Shown: positions 18,798-26,489 of the stretch, one piece after another
Numbering within the stretch: position 1 is the first letter of the stretch
Layout of the letters: the number at the start of each line of letters is the position of its first letter
DNA from: Betaproteobacteria bacterium
GTDB lineage: Bacteria > Pseudomonadota > Gammaproteobacteria > Burkholderiales > SG8-39
Assembly: GCA_029858545.1 (NCBI GenBank)
Contig: JAOUFA010000001.1
Location: 1-39,439 of the forward strand
Reading direction: 5' to 3'
Length of the DNA: 39,439 bases
The notes under the pieces: generated by a model
Told to the model about the DNA's origin: nothing
Databases searched by the model: none
The model's input: only the letters and a program-made list of their open reading frames with translations
Position numbers and translations under genes: made by a program

Positions 18798-19081
18798 TCA
18801 ATTTCTGTCCTGAAAAATCATCTCAGCGCCCTTCTCCGCAATCATCGTGGTCGGCGCATTGGTGTTACCAGAGATGATGGTCGGCATCACCGATGCATCG
18901 ATCGCCCGCAATTCCTGGATACCGTGCACGCGCAATTTCGCATCGACCACCGCCAGCGCATCAACACCCATTTTTCAGGTGCCCACCGGGTGAAAAATCG
19001 TAGCGCCGAGATCACCTGCGGCAATCAACAACTGTTCATTCGATTGAGCCACGAGCCCGGGTCGGAACTCCTCCGGACGAT
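18798..19081 (-). pseudogene. GMC-family (choline dehydrogenase-like) oxidoreductase, C-terminal ~93 codons with an in-frame TGA
   Basis: YRPEEFRPGLV...[67 protein letters not shown]. The TGA at 18975-18977 replaces the Cys of the conserved GTCKMG motif. The 5' ~450 codons are cut off at the left edge of repeat C. Confidence 0.8.
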
Positions 19082-19245
19082 AACTTACCACTAGACTCTG
19101 CTCCAATCGCCCTCTTCGGACGCGTGTCGCGGAGCGAGATTGACTTAATGTGCAATGTAGACCGTTCAGGGCGCGCTCCAGCACGGGATTGTCGTGCGCA
19201 GGCAAGCAGTTCAAACTTCGGGGTCGGATTGATTGGCCTATCTCT
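19082..19245 (+). repeat. 164-bp structured interspersed element, full copy C (second subfamily)
   Basis: Collinear with A and B without indels. It differs from B at 24 of 164 positions and shares subfamily-specific bases with partial copy D. Confidence 0.95.
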
Positions 19246-19417
19246 TAACAGACCCGACAAGCGTGCTCTGGCCGAGCATCATCTCGGACACTGCCAGAGC
19301 TGTTTTTCGCGCGCTGAAATGGAACGCCTGCTGTCCGAACGGATCAAGGAGTCGGACGCACAGAAAGCCCCCGATCAGCTCAAGGCGCGTCTCCGCGCCC
19401 TTTTGAAGGATTCATAG
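19246..19417 (+). pseudogene. zf-HC2 (ZAS-type) anti-sigma factor, N-terminally truncated fragment
   Basis: ...RALAEHHLGHCQSCFSRAEMERLLSERIKESDAQKAPDQLKARLRALLKDS* contains the H-x3-C-x2-C motif of small ZAS anti-sigma factors. The first ~25-30 aa and the start codon are missing. Homology begins at the right edge of repeat C. Confidence 0.55.
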
Positions 19418-19651
19418 GTACGGCCGGCGTCGAGCATTTGGCGTACCTCGCGCATGAGATGCCACTTGAGCGCGGGCTACTAGAACCGAGCGCTCGCGCG
19501 TGCCACGCTTGACTTGGCGCGCGTCGCGACCGCTTTTTTCACCCCGCACATCGCCCTCAAGTGCTAGAGTGCGCGCCCCATATGCTCGTGACCGCTGCCG
19601 CGACTCGCGCTGGACGATAATCCGCGCAGGCTTCACACGAACGCAACCCGA

Positions 19652-20902
19652 ATGATCTCTTTCAACCGCAAGGTGGCACTGGGCATAGGCTCGGTGTCGT
19701 TGTTCCTGGCCGCAATGGCGGCCCCGCTGGCCTGGTGGGTGGCGCGCGGGAACGCGGAAGAAGCCATCGTGGCCATGGCGTTGGAAGAATCGGAACGCCT
19801 GTTGCAGCACGAACCTTTCCGGCCACAGGGCCCGCAAGCGCAGGAGCATGCCCAGGCAGCCGTCCAGGCGCTGGTGGGTGGCTTGTTCGACATCGCCGAG
19901 CTCTACGCCGCCGACGGCCGGAAACTGGCCGAAGCAGCCACCCCGATCGGCGACACACTGGAACACGATCGGCCCCAACACCGTATCCCGAGTTACAGCA
20001 AGCCCTATTACGAAAGTCAGCGGCTCGCGCCCGATCGCTGGACGCTGCGCGTGTTTGTCCCGTTGAAGCTGGGCGAACAGGGAGTCATCCACGGATATTT
20101 CGAGGGTGTGCGCCTGATGCCGCGCTGGCAACGCGAACAGATTCGCAACGATGCGCTCAAAGAGGCGCTGATGGTATCGCTGGCCGCGCTGATCTGCGGC
20201 GCAGTGCTCTATCCGGTGGTGATTCGCCTCTTCGCTGAGAACCAGCGCCAGGCGCGTGAGCTACTGGAATCACACATCACCATGATGGAGGCCATGGGGC
20301 GCGCCATTGCACGGCGCGATTCCGACACGGGTACCCACAACTACCGCGTGGCTTGGATGGCCGCGTCGCTGGGCGAAGCCGTAGGCCTGCACGGCTCGCG
20401 CATGAAGGCGCTGATCGCCGGCAGCTTTCTGCACGACGTGGGCAAGATCGGCATCCCGGACGACATTCTGCTCAAGCCGGGCCAACTGACCGAACACGAG
20501 ATAGCTGTGATGCGCACCCATGTGACCATGGGCGAAGAGATCGTCACCGGCGCGGGCTGGCTAGAAGGCGGACGCGAGGTGGTGGCGGGCCATCATGAGA
20601 AGTGGGATGGCAGCGGCTACCCGCGTGGCCTGGCTGGCGAAAACATCCCGCTGGTGGCGCGGATCTTTGCCATCGTCGATGTGTTTGACGCCCTGTGCGC
20701 GCGCCGCCCGTACAAACCGTCGCGGGATCTGCCCGCCGTGCTGGAAGTGATGACCGAAGGCGCCGGCCGGCACTTCGACCCGCACCTGCTCAAGGCGTTC
20801 GTGGGTCTGGCGCCACGATTCCATCAGGCGATCATCAAGGCCGACGAGACACAGGCACGCGCACTGCTTGACCAGATGGTGCGCAAGCATTTCGACCTGT
20901 GA
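19652..20902 (+). CDS. HD-GYP domain protein (putative c-di-GMP phosphodiesterase) with an N-terminal 2-TM sensor region
   Basis: 416 aa. TM1 at ~8-30 and TM2 at ~175-197 (LMVSLAALICGAVLYPVVIRLF). HD-GYP core motifs HDVGKIGIPDDILLKPGQL and GHHEKWDGSGYPRGL. Confidence 0.9.
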   Translation: MISFNRKVALGIGSVSLFLAAMAAPLAWWVARGNAEEAIVAMALEESERLLQHEPFRPQGPQAQEHAQAAVQALVGGLFDIAELYAADGRKLAEAATPIGDTLEHDRPQHRIPSYSKPYYESQRLAPDRWTLRVFVPLKLGEQGVIHGYFEGVRLMPRWQREQIRNDALKEALMVSLAALICGAVLYPVVIRLFAENQRQARELLESHITMMEAMGRAIARRDSDTGTHNYRVAWMAASLGEAVGLHGSRMKALIAGSFLHDVGKIGIPDDILLKPGQLTEHEIAVMRTHVTMGEEIVTGAGWLEGGREVVAGHHEKWDGSGYPRGLAGENIPLVARIFAIVDVFDALCARRPYKPSRDLPAVLEVMTEGAGRHFDPHLLKAFVGLAPRFHQAIIKADETQARALLDQMVRKHFDL

Positions 20903-20979
20903 GCCGACGGCCAGCCTCTGCGGCCGACCGCCCTCCACAAATCAGTCGCTCGGCGAAATGAGCCGCGCGGCGCAGAGCA

Positions 20980-21488
20980 GAGCTTTTGCACCGCCTCCTG
21001 CGTGGACACCAGCACCTCCAATTCGATCCGAGGTGCTCAAGCTCCTCGTCGCCGAGCATGCCATCGGCGAGCGGCTCGCGGCAGGCCTGCTCGCCTGGCG
21101 CCACAGCGGCTTCTCGGTGCATAACGCCGTACGCGTTCGAGCAGGGGATCTGGAGGGCCGCAAGAAGCTCGCGCACTACACGCTGCGCGCGCCGCTTTCC
21201 CTGGAGAAGATGACCTATGACGCAGGGAAAGGCATGGTCATCTACCGCTCGCACATGCACAAGAGTCTAAAGCGCAATTTCCAAGTGATGTCCGGCGCGC
21301 AATGGCTCGAACTGCTCTGCCGCCATATTCCGGACCGGTTCGAAGATCTGGTGCGCTACGTTGGCTGGTACTCGACAAGGGTTCGGGGCGATCGGGCTGC
21401 GCTGGCGCCGCGCGCTGTGGTCGCGCAAGGCGCCGGCGAACGCGTATCTGGTAGAGTGTCGGGAACGAGCGCCGGCCCGGGAGCCTAG
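20980..21488 (+). mobile_element. IS91-family (HUH Y2, rolling-circle) transposase, C-terminal fragment only
   Basis: ...EVLKLLVAEHAIGERLAAGLLAWRHSGFSVHNAVRVRAGDLEGRKKLAHYTLRAPLSLEKMTYD...YRSHMHKSLKRNFQVMSGAQWLELLCRHIPDRFEDLVRYVGWYSTRVRG matches the conserved C-terminal third of IS91/ISCR-type transposases. There is no N-terminal Zn-finger or HUH region and no recognisable IS ends. Confidence 0.75.
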
Positions 21489-21491
21489 GCA

Positions 21492-21521
21492 TTGACAAAA
21501 GGTGCCGAAGATCCGTAGATT
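21492..21521 (+). promoter_or_regulatory. candidate sigma70 promoter for the SBP/liv operon
   Basis: TTGACA (21492-21497), an 18-nt spacer, then TAGATT (21516-21521). It lies 65 nt upstream of the GTG start at 21586 and begins 4 nt after the transposase-fragment stop. Confidence 0.4.
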
Positions 21522-21585
21522 CGCTCCCGGTTTCGGTGACATGCGCGAATCTTCGCGCTGCACACACCACAGAGGAGGAACCACA

Positions 21586-22785
21586 GTGAAACGCAGAATT
21601 CTTCTTGCAGGCGCCGCGTCGACGGTACTCGCTGTTGCCTTGTCGGCCGGCACGGCATGGGCGCAGCAGACGGTCAAGATCGGTGCGGTCGCGCCCAAGA
21701 CGGGCCCGCTCGCTGCAGGCGCAGCGGTCACCCACTGGCCGAACATCCAGCTCTGGGCGCACCAGGTCAACGAGCGCGGCGGGCTGAAGATGAAGGACGG
21801 CTCCCGGCGCAAGGTCGAGATCATCGAGTACGACGACCGCACCAATCCGGGCGAGACCATCAAGGCGGTGGAACGGCTGGCCACGCAGGACAATGCCGAT
21901 TTCATCATCGCCCCCTACAGCACGGGACTCAACGTCGCGGCGGCGCCGGTCTATGCCAAGCACGGCTATCCGCAAATCACCGCTACGTCGATCACCGACA
22001 AGATTCCCGAGCTGACCAAGCGCTACCACAGCATCTTCTTCGCGCTCGGATCGACCACCGGGCTGGCGGGATCGGTCGCCGACGTTCTCGGCAAGATGCA
22101 TCGCGAAGGCAAGATCGGCAAGCGCATCGCGATGGTGAACGTCGCGGATGCCTTCGGCATCGAGATTGCGGAATCGGCGCGCGCGGCGTTCAAGAAGGCG
22201 GGCATGGAACTCGTCTTCGACCGCTCCTACCCGCTCGGCACGCAGGACGTATCGCCGATCGTGAAGGCGGCGAAGGCGGCGAATCCGGATGCGTTCATCG
22301 CCTGGTCGTATCCGCCCGACACCTTCGCACTGACGGAACAGGCCAAGATCGAGGGTCTCAACGTCAAGGCCTTCTACACCGCGGTGGCCACCGCGTTTCC
22401 GGCCTACGGCGGCAAGTTCGGCAAGTCGGTCGAGGGTCACCTCGGCGCAGGCGGCGTGAACCTCGAGAGCCCGGACATCAAGGCCTATTTCGACGCCCAC
22501 AAGAAGATCACCGGCAAGGCGCCCGATTTCTGGGCGAGCGCGGTGACCTATGCGTCCCTGCAGGTGCTCGAGCAGTCGATCGAGGCCGTGGGCCTGGATC
22601 GCAAGGCGGTGATCGACCACATCAACAAGAGCACTTTCAACACCGTGATGGGGCCGTGGAAGTTCGTCAACCAGTCGATCGAGAAATACTGGACAGTGGG
22701 GCAGTGGCAGGGCGGCGCGTTCCACGGCGTGGCCTCGACGGGGCTGCCGGGCGCAAAGCCCGCGATCGTCAAAGCCGGCTGGTAG
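21586..22785 (+). CDS. ABC transporter substrate-binding protein (Leu/Ile/Val-binding-like, Peripla_BP_6)
   Basis: I moved the start to the in-frame GTG at 21586 with GAGGAGGA Shine-Dalgarno. Signal peptide VKRRILLAGAASTVLAVALSAGTAWAQ. Typical VKIGAVAPKTGPLA...ERGG...D fold text. Confidence 0.9.
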   Translation: MKRRILLAGAASTVLAVALSAGTAWAQQTVKIGAVAPKTGPLAAGAAVTHWPNIQLWAHQVNERGGLKMKDGSRRKVEIIEYDDRTNPGETIKAVERLATQDNADFIIAPYSTGLNVAAAPVYAKHGYPQITATSITDKIPELTKRYHSIFFALGSTTGLAGSVADVLGKMHREGKIGKRIAMVNVADAFGIEIAESARAAFKKAGMELVFDRSYPLGTQDVSPIVKAAKAANPDAFIAWSYPPDTFALTEQAKIEGLNVKAFYTAVATAFPAYGGKFGKSVEGHLGAGGVNLESPDIKAYFDAHKKITGKAPDFWASAVTYASLQVLEQSIEAVGLDRKAVIDHINKSTFNTVMGPWKFVNQSIEKYWTVGQWQGGAFHGVASTGLPGAKPAIVKAGW

Positions 22786-22816
22786 TCAGGCCTCAATCCG
22801 GTTTGCGCGTCAACCA

Positions 22817-22855
22817 CCCCGGTGCCTGGGTCAGGCACCGGGGTATGTTTTTTTT
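22817..22855 (+). terminator. intrinsic terminator/attenuator between the SBP gene and the permease genes
   Basis: 10-bp perfect GC-rich stem CCCCGGTGCC-N7-GGCACCGGGG, followed by TATGTTTTTTTT. It ends 6 nt before the livH-type ATG at 22862. Confidence 0.7.
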
Positions 22856-22861
22856 CATGCC

Positions 22862-23728
22862 ATGGACATCCTGATCACCGGCATTCTTCTTGGTGCGACC
22901 TACTCGCTGATCGCGATGGGTCTCACACTCCAGTACGGCGTCGCACGCATCATGAACCTCGCCAACGGCGAGATGCTGGTGGCCGGCGCGTTCGGTGCGT
23001 TCTGGGTGTTCACCTCGCAGCACCTCAGCCCGTACGCGGCGGCGGTGTTCGTCGTCCCGGCGGCGTTCCTGCTCAACTGGGTGATCTACCGTGTCCTGAT
23101 GCGCCCTCTCGTGCGTCGCGCGAAGAACCGCGGCATGCTCGAAGTGGACACCATCCTGGCGACCTTCGGGCTGAGCTTTGTCTTTGTCGGCGTGATGCTG
23201 CTCGCCTTCGGCGGCAATTTCTTCACCTATTCCTACCTGGCTGAACCCTATGTCGTGTTCGGCAGTCCGTTCGGCCAGAATCGGCTGGTGGCGAGCGCCG
23301 CCGCCGCGCTGCTGTGCGGCCTGCTCTACTGGGGCATCCACCGGACGCGTCCCGGCATGGCCATCCGCGCGGTCGCCGTGGATCCGACCGCGGCGGGCCT
23401 CGTGGCGATCAATGTGCCGCAGGTGTCGGCCTTCGCATTCGCCCTGGGCGGCGCCGTGACCGCCGCGGGCGGCATTGCGCTGAGCAGCTTCCTCACCATG
23501 GATGCATCGATCGGCGTGGTGTTCACCATGAAGGCGCTGATCATCGTGATCATGGGCGGCGTGGGCGATGTGCGCGGCGCGATGATCGCCTCGCTGATCC
23601 TGGGCCTGGCGGAAACCGCGGTCGCCAGCCTGATCGATCCCGGCCTGACGCTGGCCGCGGCCTATCTGCTCTTTGTGCTGGTGCTGCTGTTGCGGCCGGA
23701 GGGGCTGTTCGGGAGGCGGTCCTCGTGA
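22862..23728 (+). CDS. livH: branched-chain amino acid (HAAT-family) ABC permease, LivH-type
   Basis: 288 aa, MDILITGILLGATYSLIAMGLTLQYGVARIMNLANGE..., a typical LivH N-terminus with ~8 TM segments. Confidence 0.9.
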   Translation: MDILITGILLGATYSLIAMGLTLQYGVARIMNLANGEMLVAGAFGAFWVFTSQHLSPYAAAVFVVPAAFLLNWVIYRVLMRPLVRRAKNRGMLEVDTILATFGLSFVFVGVMLLAFGGNFFTYSYLAEPYVVFGSPFGQNRLVASAAAALLCGLLYWGIHRTRPGMAIRAVAVDPTAAGLVAINVPQVSAFAFALGGAVTAAGGIALSSFLTMDASIGVVFTMKALIIVIMGGVGDVRGAMIASLILGLAETAVASLIDPGLTLAAAYLLFVLVLLLRPEGLFGRRSS

Positions 23729-24660
23729 GCCGTCGCGAGAGCGCGTGGCTGGTCGCTGCGGCAGCGGCGTTCGTGCTGCTGGCCTGTCTGCCGCTGCTGC
23801 GTCACGGCTATCTGCTGTCGATGGGCGTCAGCATCGCCATGTATACGGTGCTCGCGACCTCGTGGGCGATGTTCTCCGGCCCGACCCACTATATTTCGCT
23901 CGCCACCGCCGCCTTCTACGGCATCGGCACCTATGTGGTGGCGGGCGGGCTGGGCAGCCTGCCGTACCCCGTGCTGGTTGCGCTCGCCGGCGCCGCGGGC
24001 GCCGTCGCGGCCCTGTTGGTGGGCGTGGCTACGCTGCGGCTCTCGGGGGTGTACTTCGTCATCTTTACGCTCGGCCTCGCGGAGCTCGTGCGCCAGATCG
24101 TGACCTGGGTGCAGAACAATTTCACCGGCAGCCGCGGCATGTACGTGCTGACCGAGATCACCGAGCCGATCATCTACTGGGAGCTGCTCGCGCTCGCCGC
24201 GGCGGCCTACCTGATCGGCTGGCGCGTGGTGCGCTCGCGGCTGGGGTTTGCGCTGCGCATCATCGGCAATGACGAGACGGTCGCGGCGCATGTCGGCATC
24301 CACGCGGCATCGTGCAAGCTCATCCTGTTCGTCATCTCCGGCATTTTCGCGGCGATGGTCGGTGCGGTGATGGCGCCGCGCTACACCTATATCGAGCCCT
24401 CCACCGCGTTCGCGGCGGAGCTCTCCTTCCAGGTGGTGATCATGGCGCTGCTCGGCGGCGTGCATCGCCTGTGGGGTCCGCTGGTCGGCGTGATCCCCTT
24501 CGCCATCCTGTGGGAGCTGATTGCCGCGCGCTTTCCGACACAGACGGTGCTGCTGCTCGGCATCGCTTTTCTGCTCATCGTGTACCTGATTCCGAACGGC
24601 GTCGTCGGCCGGCTGGAACAGATAGTCCAGGCGGCCAGGCGCCGCGCCACCCGTGTCTGA
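23725..24660 (+). CDS. livM: HAAT-family ABC permease, LivM-type
   Basis: I set the start to the GTG at 23725, a GTGA overlap with the livH stop. The long ORF from 23314 overlaps livH in another frame. Contains LATSWAMFSGPTHYISLATAAFYGIGTY and GNDETVAAHVGI motifs. Confidence 0.85.
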   Translation: MSRRESAWLVAAAAAFVLLACLPLLRHGYLLSMGVSIAMYTVLATSWAMFSGPTHYISLATAAFYGIGTYVVAGGLGSLPYPVLVALAGAAGAVAALLVGVATLRLSGVYFVIFTLGLAELVRQIVTWVQNNFTGSRGMYVLTEITEPIIYWELLALAAAAYLIGWRVVRSRLGFALRIIGNDETVAAHVGIHAASCKLILFVISGIFAAMVGAVMAPRYTYIEPSTAFAAELSFQVVIMALLGGVHRLWGPLVGVIPFAILWELIAARFPTQTVLLLGIAFLLIVYLIPNGVVGRLEQIVQAARRRATRV

Positions 24661-25387
24661 GCCTCGCGTCCTCGAATTGCACGGGGTGAGCAAGCGCTTC
24701 GGCGGACTGCTCGCGGTCAATGCGCTCAGCTTCGACGTGCGCGAGAACGAGGTGCTCGGCCTGATCGGTCCCAACGGGTCGGGCAAGACGACGGTCATCA
24801 ATCTGATCTCGGGCGCCCTGCAACCGACGGACGGCGAGATCTATCTGCGCGAGCATATGATCTCGGATCAGCCGCCGCGCGCGATCGCGCGCTCGGGCGT
24901 GGCGCGTACCTTCCAGCTCGTGCGCCTGCTGCCTTCGCTGACCGTGCTCGAGAACGTCGTTGCCGGCGCCGTGTTCGGCCACAAGCGCCTCTGGGGAGGA
25001 TCGGCGCGCAAGCATGCGCTGCGCCAGCTGGAGAGGGTGGGGATGCGGCACGCGGTCGACGCGCCCGTGGCGTCCCTCACTTACATCGACGAGAAGCGCA
25101 TCGAGCTCGCGCGGGCGCTCGCGTCCGATCCGGTGTTGCTGCTGCTGGACGAGTGGCTCGCCGGACTGAACCCCACCGAACTGCAGGTCGGTATCGAGCT
25201 GATCCGCAGCCTGCGCGTGGAAGGCCGCACCATCGTGCTGGTCGAGCACGTCATGGACGCGATCCGCAGCCTGTGCGACCGCTGCGTGGTGATGAACAGC
25301 GGCGAGAAGATCGCCGAGGGCACCCCCTCGACGGTCCTCGCCGACAAGGAAGTGATTCGCGCCTACCTCGGGGAAGACCATGCTTGA
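24653..25387 (+). CDS. livG: HAAT-family ABC ATPase, LivG-type
   Basis: 244 aa. Walker A GPNGSGKTT, the LivG-specific insertion, Walker B LLLLDEWLAGL, and end VIRAYLGEDHA. GTG start with an 8-nt overlap with livM. Confidence 0.9.
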   Translation: MSEPRVLELHGVSKRFGGLLAVNALSFDVRENEVLGLIGPNGSGKTTVINLISGALQPTDGEIYLREHMISDQPPRAIARSGVARTFQLVRLLPSLTVLENVVAGAVFGHKRLWGGSARKHALRQLERVGMRHAVDAPVASLTYIDEKRIELARALASDPVLLLLDEWLAGLNPTELQVGIELIRSLRVEGRTIVLVEHVMDAIRSLCDRCVVMNSGEKIAEGTPSTVLADKEVIRAYLGEDHA

Positions 25388-26462
25388 GTGCCGGGGGATA
25401 TCGGTCAGCTACGGCCGCCATCAGGCGCTCGCCGATGTGGCGCTGCAGGTCGCGCCCGGCGAGATCACCGCCATTCTCGGCGCCAACGGGGCGGGCAAGA
25501 CCACCCTGCTGAACACGATCGCGGGCCTGGTGCCGGGCGCGGGCGACGTCGCACTCGACGGGCGCTCGCTGCGCGGCCTGCCCCCGCACCTGATCGTCGA
25601 AGCCGGAGTGGCGCTGGTTCCGGAGGGTCGGCGCATTTTCGGCGACCTGTCCGTGATGGAAAACCTGCTGCTGGGCGCCTACGCAAAGCGCGCGCGGGCC
25701 TTCGAGCGCGAGGGCCTCGATCGGATATTCGCGCTCTTTCCCAAACTCGACGAGCGCAGGCGGCAGCTCGCACGGACCATGAGCGGCGGCGAGCAGCAGA
25801 TGGTCGCGATCGCGCGGGCGATGATGTCCTCGCCCAGGATCCTGATGCTGGATGAGCCCTCGCTCGGGCTCTCGCCGTTGCTGTGCGCAGAGCTCTTCCG
25901 GGCGCTGGTGCAGGTGCGCAAGACCGGCGTGGGCATCCTGCTCGTCGAGCAGAACGCGCGGCAGGCGCTGGCGATCGCCGACCGCGGCTACCTGCTCGAG
26001 AACGGCCGCATCGTGGGCGCGGACCTGGCCGCGAACCTGATGCAGGATGCCGCCGTGCAGAGGGCCTATCTGGGCGGTGCTGCCGCAGTCTCCGCGGCGG
26101 CGCCCGTGCCGGGCGCGGGGCTGCCGCAGCAGCCGGAGCAGCTGCCGGCTGCCGCATCATCGGTGCGCAGCGCGCCGCCGCAGGCGTTTGCGCCGCGGCC
26201 CGCGCCGGAGATCGACCTGCTCATCGACGGCTCGCTCGATGCGCTGGTGCGCAACGCGGCGGACATCCAGACCGAGCATGTGCGCACGGTGCGCGACGCG
26301 CGCCTGGTGCGCAAATCACCGGGCGGGGCGGCGGCCGGGGCGGGATCCCGCCCGGCTCCCAGGGTGCGCGCCGCGGCGCGCGCGGCGGATGCGTCGTTGC
26401 TGGAGGCGATCGCGAAGATCGAGGCGGCGGCGCAGGCTGCGGCCAGACACGGGAAACGGTAG
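25380..26462 (+). CDS. livF: HAAT-family ABC ATPase, LivF-type, with a ~125-aa C-terminal extension
   Basis: Walker A GANGAGKTT, signature MSGGEQQM, Walker B ILMLDEPSLGL, and the canonical end VQRAYLGG at ~aa 236. The frame then continues for 125 more codons with high GC3 to TAG at 26462. Confidence 0.85.
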   Translation: MLECRGISVSYGRHQALADVALQVAPGEITAILGANGAGKTTLLNTIAGLVPGAGDVALDGRSLRGLPPHLIVEAGVALVPEGRRIFGDLSVMENLLLGAYAKRARAFEREGLDRIFALFPKLDERRRQLARTMSGGEQQMVAIARAMMSSPRILMLDEPSLGLSPLLCAELFRALVQVRKTGVGILLVEQNARQALAIADRGYLLENGRIVGADLAANLMQDAAVQRAYLGGAAAVSAAAPVPGAGLPQQPEQLPAAASSVRSAPPQAFAPRPAPEIDLLIDGSLDALVRNAADIQTEHVRTVRDARLVRKSPGGAAAGAGSRPAPRVRAAARAADASLLEAIAKIEAAAQAAARHGKR

Positions 26463-26489
26463 GTTGTCACAAGGACGGAGGAGGCCGGT

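Noticed and set aside
18975-18977. The in-frame TGA in the GMC oxidoreductase as selenocysteine
   Set aside because: The gene is already missing ~80% of its coding sequence. The replaced Cys is not a redox-active catalytic residue in this family, and I see no SECIS-like hairpin directly downstream.
4786-19245. The interspersed repeats as integron attC sites / gene cassettes
   Set aside because: At 164 bp they are longer than typical attC sites. The edges (AACTTACC / CCTATC) do not fit the RYYYAAC ... GTTRRRY cores. The intervals are 4.7-12.5 kb, multi-gene and mixed in orientation. No intI or attI is present.
4784-19260. Small conserved peptides encoded within the element, e.g. ...IGKSMRLESLNSLPAHDNPAPERALSGLQCAL... 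on the minus strand and MSRSEMDIMRIADRSGRVPARDCRAQASCSDF... on the plus strand
   Set aside because: There is no conserved start codon or Shine-Dalgarno. The reading frames run into different flanks in each copy. The 24 B-versus-C substitutions are spread 10/8/6 over the three codon phases, showing no third-position bias, while several are pairwise compensatory for nucleic-acid helices.
19418-19651. Possible promoter elements upstream of the HD-GYP gene (TTGACT at ~19511, TAGAGT at ~19567)
   Set aside because: The two hexamers are not at a compatible 16-19 nt spacing from any matching partner, so I could not support a promoter call.
23314-23724. N-terminal 137-aa extension of the LivM-type ORF
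   Set aside because: It overlaps the LivH-type gene in another frame and is Arg/Gly-rich. The GTG at 23725 gives the usual 4-nt GTGA stop/start overlap and a normal LivM N-terminus.
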